Assembly (NCBI GenBank): GCA_900617105.1
Contig: UYFQ01000426.1
Coordinates: forward strand, 1-32,700
DNA length: 32,700 nt
DNA from: Hydrurus foetidus
Taxonomy: Eukaryota
Reading direction: 5' to 3'
The notes under the pieces were generated by a model that was not told where the DNA came from, made no database searches, and saw only the letters and a program-made list of their open reading frames with translations. Positions 1 to 13,400 of this stretch are shown one piece after another. How positions within the stretch are numbered: position 1 is the stretch's first letter; the number at the start of each line of letters is the position of its first letter. A program made the translations under genes and the position numbers.

Positions 1-50
1 ATAGAAACGGGGTTTCGCCATAGTTTAGTTTAGTTTAGATTTTTCTTTGA

Positions 51-71
51 AAGAAGGATAAGTGGGGGTAG
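51..71 (+). other. Polypurine tract (PPT) of a plus-strand Ty3/Gypsy element lying upstream of the window
   Basis: AAGAAGGATAAGTGGGGGTAG immediately precedes TGTGG. The same AAGTRGGRGTRR-type tract abuts the LTRs ending at 21476, 22483 and 30872 on the minus strand. Confidence 0.8.
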
Positions 72-267
72 TGTGGTAGTTCCGGGTCCAAGGTCCCGAT
101 CCTACCGGATAGTACTACGGTACACTACCCACCGTACACTACAGTCCTGTTGTATCGTCGTAGCCACTTACAGCCTCCACGTAGAAGTTAACCCTAGCTT
201 CTAGCTTCCTGCTGTAACTAACTACCTCTCTAGCCTTCCACCTCTTCCTTTTCCCATTCGAGCCACA
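72..267 (+). mobile_element. 3' LTR (196 bp) of a Ty3/Gypsy element
   Basis: TGTGG...CCACA inverted termini, preceded by a PPT, and clearly similar to the LTR starting at 21878. Confidence 0.8.
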
Positions 268-1172
268 GGGGCCGCTAGTGACCATGTGGTGAAAGGCTGA
301 GGGGGGGGGACCCCCCCGGTTGGCCGGGCCGTGGGGTGTTTTGTTTAACCCCTCCTCTTGCCGACATGCTTTCATCCCGACTTGTATCTAGTAGGTGGAA
401 TATCGCCTGATGTGTTTGTGTGACGCCTTGCAAAAGATTCTTCATGGAAAATTTTCTGGATAGTCTCGTTTCACTAGCTAACATTCTGACGCTTCTATAA
501 GCTGACTGTAATGAGATATCCAGCGAATACCATGAGTTTAGCTCGGAGAGCACTGACAAGTATCTCGGAAGTTGTCAAATGCGATGGTATAATGCTGTGT
601 AAAATTTCCGAGGAGAATGAGTCCCTACAATTCGTTAATTTGTTACAAACCCTACGACGAAAGTGTTCTCTCTAGCCCAAGGTATTCATGAAATATTCTG
701 ATTTTCTTAAGACCTTGTCAGAAAGCGTTTTCTAGCATTGAGAAAGATACTAAATGCCCAGACGTAAAGACTCGCAAAAACTCAGGTAGTGAGTCTTTAT
801 GGTGTGGCCGAAAAAGTATTAATACTCCTTTAGTATCCCCCTGTTTTTGACCCCTATTTTGCAACCTAGAACCTCTCGTATCTTCTGATGGACAAAGACT
901 TATGCGCCCCCCGATAGTGTGCTCTACTCACCGTACCTAATTCAAACTTTTCATCTCTATAACCTTCCTAATTACTCAATATCCAGAGTTTCGATGTTAT
1001 TTTTAGTTTTTTAACGGAAATTATTCTTTAAAACCGTTGTTTTCACAGTAAATGAAAACTGAAAAGCTAATAACTTTTGATTGATCATTATTTAGAGCGT
1101 GTGAATCGGTGAGTCTGCTGAAATGTATGTTGACCAACTACTGTAATCGAACTGCGGTTTTATTTATGAAAG

Positions 1173-2003
1173 CTAATTCAATACAACATCATCTGAAACT
1201 GGAAAAGCGTGTGAGGATATAGATATAAATATTCTTTCATTCAATTCATTATAACTGGCGCCCGCATGCGACATGTCCCCTCTAAAGAATAACATGGATG
1301 AACGTGCAATGTTATACAGCTCTTTATTCTCACCGACAATCAATTTAGTGTAATTTTGTAAACTAATGATACCAGAATAATGGAAGCCCTTCAAATTTTG
1401 CATCCGTTTCGTGGACGCTGTTGATGTGAAGTCTTCGTGGAGTCTTTGTTGAGTGTCACCAGCTACTGATCTTAGGAGTTTGAACTCCATCTCTGTGCAT
1501 TCTGGAAAGACTCTTTTCAGAGCCTCTATTGTCTCCGGCATGAAATCCTTCGCGTTTGTGATTGCCTGCATTGTTCTTGTAACTGGGCCTGTCACATTGG
1601 TAAAATCGATAGGTTCGATTTCCCCACAAAGAACGATGTCGTCGATCGTCAAGATCTCGCTGATTACGTTGGGGATGACGACGTAGTGTTGGTTGGTTTT
1701 GATGGTGTCCAGTATTGTCGAAATCGATTTAATTTTTTCGTCCAATATGCTCTCCAAGTCAGCTTTCCTTCGTTTGCGGTAAGCACTTGTCCTCTGAATA
1801 CTTTCTGATTTCACTTTTTTTTGACGCTCTAGCAGCTTCTCTTTTGTAAGCGTCTTTGCCTTTGTTCTATCCGTATTTCTCTTTCTCTTTCTAGTGGCCT
1901 CGATATGATGCTTTTCACAGAACTTCGAATCAATTCCCGAAGTCGAACTACGTCTACCAAGGACGCAGGTCACGAGTCCATACTTGTATGCGCAGCACAG
2001 CAT
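1173..2003 (-). CDS. 2OG-Fe(II) dioxygenase-like protein with an N-terminal Cys/His finger and a basic (NLS-like) linker, 276 aa
   Basis: HxD in QQRLHEDF, distal His in FRGDMSHAGA and 2OG-binding Arg in NERIF, in the order expected for a DSBH fold. N-terminal CC..C..CEKH and RKRKR/RKRRK stretches. Confidence 0.75.
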   Translation of the reverse strand: MLCCAYKYGLVTCVLGRRSSTSGIDSKFCEKHHIEATRKRKRNTDRTKAKTLTKEKLLERQKKVKSESIQRTSAYRKRRKADLESILDEKIKSISTILDTIKTNQHYVVIPNVISEILTIDDIVLCGEIEPIDFTNVTGPVTRTMQAITNAKDFMPETIEALKRVFPECTEMEFKLLRSVAGDTQQRLHEDFTSTASTKRMQNLKGFHYSGIISLQNYTKLIVGENKELYNIARSSMLFFRGDMSHAGASYNELNERIFISISSHAFPVSDDVVLN

Positions 2004-2410
2004 TCTTTTAGCATGCAGTTTTGGGAGTGCTATATCAGCTCTTTAATGATATGAACCTGCTGTCAATACGACTGCATATTATTGTAGACACATTATTTTG
2101 AAAATACAGAATACGAATCCCAGGAGTGATGCGTGCATTTTTCGGCTCTATTACTGAGACATTTGTAACTTTTCCATTTTTATTTTTCCTGAAACTTTTT
2201 GTGTGTTCTAGAAGTTTTGTGTTGCAAGTGGCAGCATAATTAAATTTTAAAACCTACTTTTTTTCGTTATAAAATTTACTTCCTTATGAATTATCTGCGC
2301 TACTACTGAGACAGAACATATGTAAATTTATTGAAACTATTTGGCATATGTTATTGATGTGTGCGTCATGTGTGTAAACATGAAAATAATTTCTAAAAAG
2401 AACAAAAAAT

Positions 2411-3466
2411 TTATTTATTTGTTAAGAAATTTTTATATGAAGCTGATTTTCTGAAGTTTATCCAACAGTTTTTTAGGGTTGAAGCATCACGAAAAAAAGG
2501 TGGAAATTTTTTGAGATAAGCACTTACAAGTTTGCTACTATCAACTGTAAGTTTGCTACTTACAAGGTTTGGGAACGGACTGCTACTAATACTCCGCGTA
2601 AATCCAAATGCACTCAGTGATGAGATATCTTCTGTATTCGCAACATGCGCCTCTAAATAGACTCTTGCTTGACTGACCCAAAATGCGGCCCTTTTCTTGT
2701 TTATGAAGTTGGCTATTTGACCAGCACCAAGCTCACTTGTCATCAACGTAAGTATAAGCTCCGCAAGTTCGCTACTGTAAGATGTTTTCAACATAGAAAT
2801 GACAGGACATCGCCGTAAAATGTAGGGTGGGACTCCCATTTTTGATAGGTCAGATATCTCCATGGATGATTTTGTCTTGCGACAACCCGCACACTGAAAA
2901 ATTGGATAAACAACAAATCCGTTGCTGTTGACCCCTTCCACACTCTTGTGATCGTATTCTCTGACCGATATTGTGCCTGGAATGTCAACGCCGTCCAAAA
3001 TTAAAATAGTTCAAAAGCGATAGAGTGAGCTATCTCAAAAGGTCCTTGAATCTTGTACCTTCACGTCCACGACAGCTAGAATCCCAGCATACCAGTGATC
3101 TGCCATTTGGCATCATTTTTTCTGGCTGCCAAGTATAAATATCCTGAATCAAGTAATCATCTAAGTTGAGGGATACCACCATCGGATCCCTCAAAAATGT
3201 ATACAAGGTTTCTTGCTACTTTTCATTGTTGTCAAACACCGTTTGATGTGGTCTGTCATTAATTTGTATGCACAATAACAGCTTCTCCCGCACAGTTTGC
3301 ACCTTTCCTCTGGCTCCTCAACCTCGTCCTCGCCATCAGCATCCTCAAAAATTTCCTCAGGATCAATTTCAACTTTTCCATTAGAACCAAAGAGTCTGTC
3401 GCTGAATTGTCCCACATCATTTTCGGACAATAGCGTATTTACAACAGAAGCAATGGAGGCATCCAT
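2411..3466 (-). pseudogene. DUF6729-like transposon protein N-terminus; frameshifted and 3'-truncated; predicted intron 2977-3058
   Basis: Adding 1 nt in the A5 run at ~3193-3197 and splicing GT(3058)..AG(2977) gives ...CIHFLRDPMVVSLNLDDYLIQDIYTWQPEKMMPNGRSLVCWDSSCRGREGTISVREYDHKSVEG..YPIFQCAGC..VPPYILRRCPVI. This W-x-P, C-x4-C, C-x2-C pattern is what I recall for DUF6729. Similarity seems to end near PFPNL (~2565). The family call is from memory, not from a search. Confidence 0.55.
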
Positions 3467-3647
3467 TTCCTTCGAAATGACCTGCCACGGTGACTGTACG
3501 GTAGTGGAGTGGGTGTTAGGAAATATTCAATTTACAAAGTAGTGATGACTACTGTAAGGACTGCACACTGCGCTGACACTGCGCTGCACCCCAAAGGGGA
3601 AACAGCCTCTAAAACAGCCGTCACCGCATGGTCACTGGCCGAGGGGG

Positions 3648-3680
3648 TGTGGTAGTTCCGGGTCCAAGGTCCCGATTCTA
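3648..3680 (+). mobile_element. Short fragment matching the 5' end of the LTR at 72
   Basis: TGTGGTAGTTCCGGGTCCAAGGTCCCGAT is identical to 72-100, follows GGGGG, and is absent from copy 2. Confidence 0.8.
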
Positions 3681-4668
3681 GACAATACTCCGCCGCCCTG
3701 GGGCCGGTGACTCTTAAAAAAAATATTACCCCCTTGGCTCGAGCCTCAAACAACAAATGAATGCTTCAAAATTTCTGAAGACCAGTTTTTCCATTCTCAA
3801 AAAACCAGAAACACAAAATGGAAAGGTGAACTGGTACTCCGCCACCCCTCCTCTTGCCGACATGCTTTCATCCCGACTTGTATCTAGTAGGTGGAATATC
3901 GCCTGATGTGTTTGTGTGACGCCTTGCAAAAGATTCTTCATGGAAAATTTTCTGGATAGTCTCGTTTCACTAGCTAACATTCTGACGCTTCTATAAGCTG
4001 ACTGTAATGAGATATCCAGCGAATACCATGAGTTTAGCTCGGAGAGCACTGACAAGTATCTCGGAAGTTGTCAAATGCGATGGTATAATGCTGTGTAAAA
4101 TTTCCGAGGAGAATGAGTCCCTACAATTCGTTAATTTGTTACAAACCCTACGACGAAAGTGTTCTCTCTAGCCCAAGGTATTCATGAAATATTCTGATTT
4201 TCTTAAGACCTTGTCAGAAAGCGTTTTCTAGCATTGAGAAAGATACTAAATGCCCAGACGTAAAGACTCGCAAAAACTCAGGTAGTGAGTCTTTATGGTG
4301 TGGCCGAAAAAGTATTAATACTCCTTTAGTATCCCCCTGTTTTTGACCCCTATTTTGCAACCTAGAACCTCTCGTATCTTCTGATGGACAAAGACTTATG
4401 CGCCCCCCGATAGTGTGCTCTACTCACCGTACCTAATTCAAACTTTTCATCTCTATAACCTTCCTAATTACTCAATATCCAGAGTTTCGATGTTATTTTT
4501 AGTTTTTTAACGGAAATTATTCTTTAAAACCGTTGTTTTCACAGTAAATGAAAACTGAAAAGCTAATAACTTTTGATTGATCATTATTTAGAGCGTGTGA
4601 ATCGGTGAGTCTGCTGAAATGTATGTTGACCAACTACTGTAATCGAACTGCGGTTTTATTTATGAAAG

Positions 4669-5498
4669 CTAATTCAATACAACATCATCTGAAACTGGAA
4701 AAGCGTGTGAGGATATAGATATAAATATTCTTTCATTCAATTCATTATAACTGGCGCCCGCATGCGACATGTCCCCTCTAAAGAATAACATGGATGAACG
4801 TGCAATGTTATACAGCTCTTTATTCTCACCGACAATCAATTTAGTGTAATTTTGTAAACTAATGATACCAGAATAATGGAAGCCCTTCAAATTTTGCATC
4901 CGTTTCGTGGACGCTGTTGATGTGAAGTCTTCGTGGAGTCTTTGTTGAGTGTCACCAGCTACTGATCTTAGGAGTTTGAACTCCATCTCTGTGCATTCTG
5001 GAAAGACTCTTTTCAGAGCCTCTATTGTCTCCGGCATGAAATCCTTCGCGTTTGTGATTGCCTGCATTGTTCTTGTAACTGGGCCTGTCACATTGGTAAA
5101 ATCGATAGGTTCGATTTCCCCACAAAGAACGATGTCGTCGATCGTCAAGATCTCGCTGATTACGTTGGGGATGACGACGTAGTGTTGGTTGGTTTTGATG
5201 GTGTCCAGTATTGTCGAAATCGATTTAATTTTTTCGTCCAATATGCTCTCCAAGTCAGCTTTCCTTCGTTTGCGGTAAGCACTTGTCCTCTGAATACTTT
5301 CTGATTTCACTTTTTTTGACGCTCTAGCAGCTTCTCTTTTGTAAGCGTCTTTGCCTTTGTTCTATCCGTATTTCTCTTTCTCTTTCTAGTGGCCTCGATA
5401 TGATGCTTTTCACAGAACTTCGAATCAATTCCCGAAGTCGAACTACGTCTACCAAGGACGCAGGTCACGAGTCCATACTTGTATGCGCAGCACAGCAT
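4669..5498 (-). pseudogene. Second copy of the dioxygenase-like gene, with a 1-bp frameshift (possibly a sequencing error)
   Basis: Matches 1173-2003 except T7 instead of T8 at ~5311, which splits it into ORFs 5307-5498 and 4669-5310. Confidence 0.7.
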
Positions 5499-5906
5499 TC
5501 TTTTAGCATGCAGTTTTGGGAGTGCTATATCAGCTCTTTAATGATATGAACCTGCTGTCAATACGACTGCATATTATTGTAGACACATTATTTTGAAAAT
5601 ACAGAATACGAATCCCAGGAGTGATGCGTGCATTTTTCGGCTCTATTACTGAGACATTTGTAACTTTTCCATTTTTATTTTTCCTGAAACTTTTTGTGTG
5701 TTCTAGAAGTTTTGTGTTGCAAGTGGCAGCATAATTAAATTTTAAAACCTACTTTTTTTTCGTTATAAAATTTACTTCCTTATGAATTATCTGCGCTACT
5801 ACTGAGACAGAACATATGTAAATTTATTGAAACTATTTGGCATATGTTATTGATGTGTGCGTCATGTGTGTAAACATGAAAATAATTTCTAAAAAGAACA
5901 AAAAAT

Positions 5907-6962
5907 TTATTTATTTGTTAAGAAATTTTTATATGAAGCTGATTTTCTGAAGTTTATCCAACAGTTTTTTAGGGTTGAAGCATCACGAAAAAAAGGTGGA
6001 AATTTTTTGAGATAAGCACTTACAAGTTTGCTACTATCAACTGTAAGTTTACTACTTACAAGGTTTGGGAACGGACTGCTACTAATACTCCGCGTAAATC
6101 CAAATGCACTCAGTGATGAGATATCTTCTGTATTCGCAACATGCGCCTCTAAATAGACTCTTGCTTGACTGACCCAAAATGCGGCCCTTTTCTTGTTTAT
6201 GAAGTTGGCTATTTGACCAGCACCAAGCTCACTTGTCATCAACGTAAGTATAAGCTCCGCAAGTTCGCTACTGTAAGATGTTTTCAACATAGAAATGACA
6301 GGACATCGCCGTAAAATGTAGGGTGGGACTCCCATTTTTGATAGGTCAGATATCTCCATGGATGATTTTGTCTTGCGACAACCCGCACACTGAAAAATTG
6401 GATAAACAACAAATCCGTTGCTGTTGACCCCTTCCACACTCTTGTGATCGTATTCTCTGACCGATATTGTGCCTGGAATGTCAACGCCGTCCAAAATTAA
6501 AATAGTTCAAAAGCGATAGAGTGAGCTATCTCAAAAGGTCCTTGAATCTTGTACCTTCACGTCCACGACAGCTAGAATCCCAGCATACCAGTGATCTGCC
6601 ATTTGGCATCATTTTTTCTGGCTGCCAAGTATAAATACCCTGAATCAAGTAATCATCTAAGTTGAGGGATACCACCATCGGATCCCTCAAAAATGTATAC
6701 AAGGTTTCTTGCTACTTTTCATTGTTGTCAAACACCGTTTGATGTGGTCTGTCATTAATTTGTATGCACAATAACAGCTTCTCCCGCACAGTTTGCACCT
6801 TTCCTCTGGCTCCTCAACCTCGTCCTCGCCATCAGCATCCTCAAAAATTTCCTCAGGATCAATTTCAACTTTTCCATTAGAACCAAAGAGTCTGTCGCTG
6901 AATTGTCCCACATCATTTTCGGACAATAGCGTATTTACAACAGAAGCAATGGAGGCATCCAT
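5907..6962 (-). pseudogene. Second copy of the DUF6729-like truncated gene (predicted intron ~6473-6554)
   Basis: Duplicate of 2411-3466 with the same frameshift. Confidence 0.55.
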
Positions 6963-7426
6963 TTCCTTCGAAATGACCTGCCACGGTGACTGTACGGTAG
7001 TGGAGTGGGTGTTAGGAAATATTCAATTTACAAAGTAGTGATGACTACTGTAAGGACTGCACACTGCGCTGACACTGCGCTGCACCCCAAAGGGGAAACA
7101 GCCTCTAAAACAGCCGTCACCGCATGGTCACTGGCCGAGGGGGGGGGGGGTACGTGATTATTTTAGACAATACTCCGCCGCCCTGGGGCCGGTGACTCTT
7201 AAAAAAAATATTACCCCCTTGGCTCGAGCCTCAAACAACAAATGAATGCTTCAAAATTTCTGAAGACCAGTTTTTCCATTCTCAAAAAACCAGAAACACA
7301 AAATGGAAAGGTGAACTGGTACTCCGCCACAACGTAACGACATTTTATGTGGAAAAGAAAAGGAAGTTTATCACATCCTTAGCCAGAAACAAAAATATTG
7401 TCATCATTGGCAAAGGTCGCAATACC

Positions 7427-10400
7427 ATGCTGTCAATAAGATTGCCCTTCATAGCTGCGCTAGTTGCCAGTTTGCTGGCAGCGTCGTCGGGTGCTCCCGA
7501 TGGCACTGACCTTCATATCAGAACTCTAGAGCTCGCTGATGGCACCACTGGTACGATTAATTTCCTCCAGTACTTCACCCCATGGTGACACCTCCACTAA
7601 TAGAAATTCTTTATTGCAGATCAATTGGAGATGCTTCAAACAGAGTCTCATCTCTTCTCGATGGAAGTGGCACGAAAGGTCTCCGCCAACTCCCTCCTGA
7701 AGATGAAAAACGAAAATCAATCCGAGTATGAGATACGCTCGAAACCAAAACCAAAAACAAAAAAGCCAACTCATCTGCCAACCTTCAAGCCAACAAAAGC
7801 ACCCAAATGCGCGCCAGTCAAAACAAGGAAACCCACATGCCCGGCAACAGAGCAGACAAAGGCACCAATTTTCATATCGAACTCGTTCTTTCCGATAAGT
7901 TTAGCACCAGGTAGAAAAAGACCAACACCGACACCGAAACCGGCGCCAACACCAGCACCAACACCGGCACCAGTGACACCTAAACCAACCCCAGCACCAA
8001 CACCAGCGCCAACACCAGCACCAACACCGGCACCAGTGACACCCGAGCCAACCCCAGCACCAACACCGGCGCCAACACCAGCACCAACACCGGCACCAGT
8101 GACACCCGAACCAACACCAGCACCAACACCGGCACCAGTGACACCCGAACCAACACCAGCACCAACACCGGCACCAGTGACACCCGAGCCAACCCCAGCA
8201 CCAACACCGGGCCAACACCAGCACCAACACCGGCACCAGTGACACCCGAGCCAACCCCAGCACCAACACCGGCGCCAACACCAGCACCAACACCGGCACC
8301 AGTGACACCTGAGCCAACCCCAGCACCAACACCGGCGCCAACACCAGCACCAACACCGGCACCAGTGACACCCGAGCCAACCCCAGCACCAACACCGGCG
8401 CCAACACCAGCACCAACACCGGCACCAGTGACACCCGAGCCAACCCCAGCACCAACACCGGCGCCAACACCAGCACCAACACCGGCACCAGTGACACCCG
8501 AGCCAACCCCAGCACCAACACCGGCGCCAACACCAGCACCAACACCGGCACCAGTGACACCCGAGCCAACACCAGCACCAACACCGGCGCCAACACCAGC
8601 ACCAACACCGGCACCAGTGACACCCGAGCCAACACCAGCACCAACACCGGCGCCAACACCAGCACCAACACCGGCACCAGTGACACCCGAGCCAACCCCA
8701 GCACCAACACCGGCGCCAACACCAGCACCAACACCGGCACCAGTGACACCCGAGCCAACCCCAGCACCAACACCGGCGCCAACACCAGCACCAACACCGG
8801 CACCAGTGACACCCGAGCCAACCCCAGCACCAACACCGGCGCCAACACCAGCACCAACACCGGCACCAGTGACACCAGAGCCAACCCCAGCACCAACACC
8901 GGCGCCAACACCAGCACCAACACCGGCACCAGTGACACCCGAGCCAACCCCAGCACCAACACCGGCGCCAACACCAGCACCAACACCGGCACCAGTGACA
9001 CCCGAGCCAACCCCAGCACCAACACCGGCGCCAACACCAGCACCAACACCGGCACCAGTGACACCCGAGCCAACCCCAGCACCAACACCGGCGCCAACAC
9101 CAGCACCAACACCGGCACCAGTGACACCAGAGCCAACCCAGCACCAACACCGGCACCAGCACCAAGCACCAGCACCAACACCGGCGCCAACACCAGCACC
9201 AACACCGGCACCAGTGACACCGAACCAGCACCAACACCGGCGCCAACACCAGCACCAACACCGGCACCAGTGACACCCGAGCCAACCCCAGCACCAACAC
9301 CGGCGCCAACACCAGCACCAACACCGGCACCAGTGACACCCGAGCCAACCCCAGCACCAACACCGGCGCCAACACCAGCACCAACACCGGCACCAGTGAC
9401 ACCCGAGCCAACACCAGCACCAACACCGGCGCCAACACCAGCACCAACACCGGCACCAGTGACACCCGAGCCAACCCCAGCACCAACACCGGCGCCAACA
9501 CCAGCACCAACACCGGCACCAGTGACACCCGAGCCAACCCCAGCACCAACACCGGCGCCAACACCAGCACCAACACCGGCACCAGTGACACCCGAGCCAA
9601 CCCCAGCACCAACACCGGCGCCAACACCAGCACCAACACCGGCACCAGTGACACCCGAGCCAACCCCAGCACCAACACCGGCGCCAACACCAGCACCAAC
9701 ACCGGCACCAGTGACACCTGAGCCAACCCCAGCACCAACACCGGCGCCAACACCAGCACCAACACCGGCACCAGTGACACCCGAGCCAACCCCAGCACCA
9801 ACACCGGCGCCAACACCAGCACCAACACCGGCACCAGTGACACCCGAGCCAACCCCAGCACCAACACCGGCGCCAACACCAGCACCAACACCGGCACCAG
9901 TGACACCTGAGCCAACCCCAGCACCAACACCGGCGCCAACACCAGCACCAACACCGGCACCAGTGACACCCGAGCCAACCCCAGCACCAACACCGGCGCC
10001 AACACCAGCACCAACACCGGCACCAGTGACACCCGAGCCAACCCCAGCACCAACACCGGCGCCAACACCAGCACCAACACCGGCACCAGTGACACCCGAG
10101 CCAACCCCAGCACCAACACCGGCGCCAACACCAGCACCAACACCGGCACCAGTGACACCTGAGCCAACCCCAGCACCAACACCGGCACCAGTGACACCCA
10201 ACACCAGCACCAACACCGGCACCAGTGACACCCGAGCCAACCCCAGCACCAACACCGGCGCCAACACCAGCACCAACACCGGCACCAGTGACACCCGAGC
10301 CAACCCCAGCACCAACACCGGCGCCAACACCAGCACCAACACCGGCACCAGTGACACCCGAGCCAACCCCAGCACCAACACCGGCGCCAACACCAGCACC

Positions 10401-13400
10401 AACACCGGCACCAGTGACACCCGAGCCAACCCCAGCACCAACACCGGCGCCAACACCAGCACCAACACCGGCACCAGTGACACCCGAGCCAACCCCAGCA
10501 CCAACACCGGCGCCAACACCAGCACCAACACCGGCACCAGTGACACCTGAGCCAACCCCAGCACCAACACCGGCGCCAACACCAGCACCAACACCGGCAC
10601 CAGTGACACCCGAGCCAACCCCAGCACCAACACCGGCGCCAACACCAGCACCAACACCGGCACCAGTGACACCCGAGCCAACCCCAGCACCAACACCGGC
10701 GCCAACACCAGCACCAACACCGGCACCAGTGACACCCGAGCCAACCCCAGCACCAACACCGGCGCCAACACCAGCACCAACACCGGCACCAGTGACACCC
10801 GAGCCAACCCCAGCACCAACACCGGCGCCAACACCAGCACCAACACCGGCACCAGTGACACCTGAGCCAACCCCAGCACCAACACCGGCGCCAACACCAG
10901 CACCAACACCGGCACCAGTGACACCCGAGCCAACCCCAGCACCAACACCGGCGCCAACACCAGCACCAACACCGGCACCAGTGACACCCGAGCCAACCCC
11001 AGCACCAACACCGGCGCCAACACCAGCACCAACACCGGCACCAGTGACACCCGAGCCAACCCCAGCACCAACACCGGCGCCAACACCAGCACCAACACCG
11101 GCACCAGTGACACCCGAGCCAACCCCAGCACCAACACCGGCGCCAACACCAGCACCAACACCAGCACCAGTGACACCCGAGCCAACCCCAGCACCAACAC
11201 CGGCGCCAACACCAGCACCAACACCGGCACCAGTGACACCCGAGCCAACCCCAGCACCAACACCGGCGCCAACACCAGCACCAACACCGGCACCAGTGAC
11301 ACCCGAGCCAACCCCAGCACCAACACCGGCGCCAACACCAGCACCAACACCGGCACCAGTGACACCCGAGCCAACCCCAGCACCAACACCGGCACCAACA
11401 CCAGCACCAACTCCAGCACCAACACCGGCACCAGTGACACCCGAGCCAACCCCAGCACCAACACCGGCGCCAACACCAGCACCAACACCGGCACCAGTGA
11501 CACCCGAGCCAACCCCAGCACCAACACCGGGACCAACACCAGCACCAACACCGGCACCAGTGACACCCGAGCCAACCCCAGCACCAACACCGGCGCCAAC
11601 ACCAGCACCAACACCGGCACCAGTGACACCCGAGCCAACCCCAGCACCAACACCGGCGCCAACACCAGCACCAACACCGGCACCAGTGACACCCGAGCCA
11701 ACCCCAGCACCAACACCGGCGCCAACACCAGCACCAACACCGGCACCAGTGACACCCGAGCCAACCCCAGCACCAACACCGGCGCCAACACCAGCACCAA
11801 CACCGGCACCAGTGACACCGAGCCAACCCCAGCACCAACACCGGCGCCAACACCAGCACCAACACCGGCACCAGTGACACCCGAGCCAACCCCAGCACCA
11901 ACACCGGCGCCAACACCAGCACCAACACCGGCACCAGTGACACCCGAGCCAACCCCAGCACCAACACCGGCGCCAACACCAGCACCAACACCGGCACCAG
12001 TGACACCCGAGCCAACCCCAGCACCAACACCGGCGCCAACACCAGCACCAACACCGGCACCAGTGACACCCGAGCCAACCCCAGCACCAACACCGGCGCC
12101 AACACCAGCACCAACACCGGCACCAGTGACACCCGAGCCAACCCCAGCACCAACACCGGCGCCAACACCAGCACCAACACCGGCACCAGTGACACCCGAG
12201 CCAACCCCAGCACCAACACCGGCGCCAACACCAGCACCAACACCGGCACCAGTGACACCCGAGCCAACCCCAGCACCAACACCGGCGCCAACACCAGCAC
12301 CAACACCGGCACCAGTGACACCCGAGCCAACCCCAGCACCAACACCGGCGCCAACACCAGCACCAACACCGGCACCAGTGACACCAGAGCCAACCCCAGC
12401 ACCAACACCGGCGCCAACACCAGCACCAACACCGGCACCAGTGACACCCGAGCCAACCCCAGCACCAACACCGGCGCCAACACCAGCACCAACACCGGCA
12501 CCAGTGACACCCGAGCCAACCCCAGCACCAACACCGGCGCCAACACCAGCACCAACACCGGCACCAGTGACACCCGAGCCAACCCCAGCACCAACACCGG
12601 CGCCAACACCAGCACCAACACCGGCACCAGTGACACCTGAGCCAACCCCAGCACCAACACCGGCGCCAACACCAGCACCAACACCGGCACCAGTGACACC
12701 CGAGCCAACCCCAGCACCAACACCGGCGCCAACACCAGCACCAACACCGGCACCAGTGACACCCGAGCCAACCCCAGCACCAACACCGGCGCCAACACCA
12801 GCACCAACACCGGCACCAGTGACACCCGAGCCAACCCCAGCACCAACACCGGCGCCAACACCAGCACCAACACCGGCACCAGTGACACCTGAGCCAACCC
12901 CAGCACCAACACCGGCGCCAACACCAGCACCAACACCGGCACCAGTGACACCCGAGCCAACCCCAGCACCAACACCGGCGCCAACACCAGCACCAACACC
13001 GGCACCAGTGACACCCGAGCCAACCCCAGCACCAACACCGGCGCCAACACCAGCACCAACACCGGCACCAGTGACACCTGAGCCAACCCCAGCACCAACA
13101 CCGGCGCCAACACCAGCACCAACACCGGCACCAGTGACACCCGAGCCAACCCCAGCACCAACACCGGCGCCAACACCAGCACCAACACCGGCACCAGTGA
13201 CACCCGAGCCAACCCCAGCACCAACACCGGCGCCAACACCAGCACCAACACCGGCACCAGTGACACCCGAGCCAACCCCAGCACCAACACCGGCGCCAAC
13301 ACCAGCACCAACACCGGCACCAGTGACACCCGAGCCAACCCCAGCACCAACACCGGCGCCAACACCAGCACCAACACCGGCACCAGTGACACCCGAGCCA

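Larger units (their letters stand above)
272..3642 (-). mobile_element. Putative non-autonomous TIR DNA transposon carrying a DUF6729-like gene and a dioxygenase gene
   Basis: 272-299 CCGCTAGTGACCATGTGGTGAAAGGCTG is an imperfect inverted repeat of 3615-3642 (reverse complement TCGGCCAGTGACCATGCGGTGACGGCTG). Both ends abut G-runs, and they enclose two co-oriented genes. Confidence 0.45.
348..7330. repeat. Tandem duplication of a ~3.5 kb unit (copy 1 348-3843, copy 2 3844-7330)
   Basis: Sequences match at offset 3496. Differences I could see: two T-run length changes, two substitutions (~2555/6051, ~3142/6638) and the block 3648-3678 vs 7144-7163. Confidence 0.95.

Noticed and set aside
275..559. 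ORF MSVLSELNSW... (also 3726-4055)
   Set aside because: Non-ATG start, C-terminus differs across the duplication junction and no recognisable domain. It could be an exon fragment, but I cannot support that.
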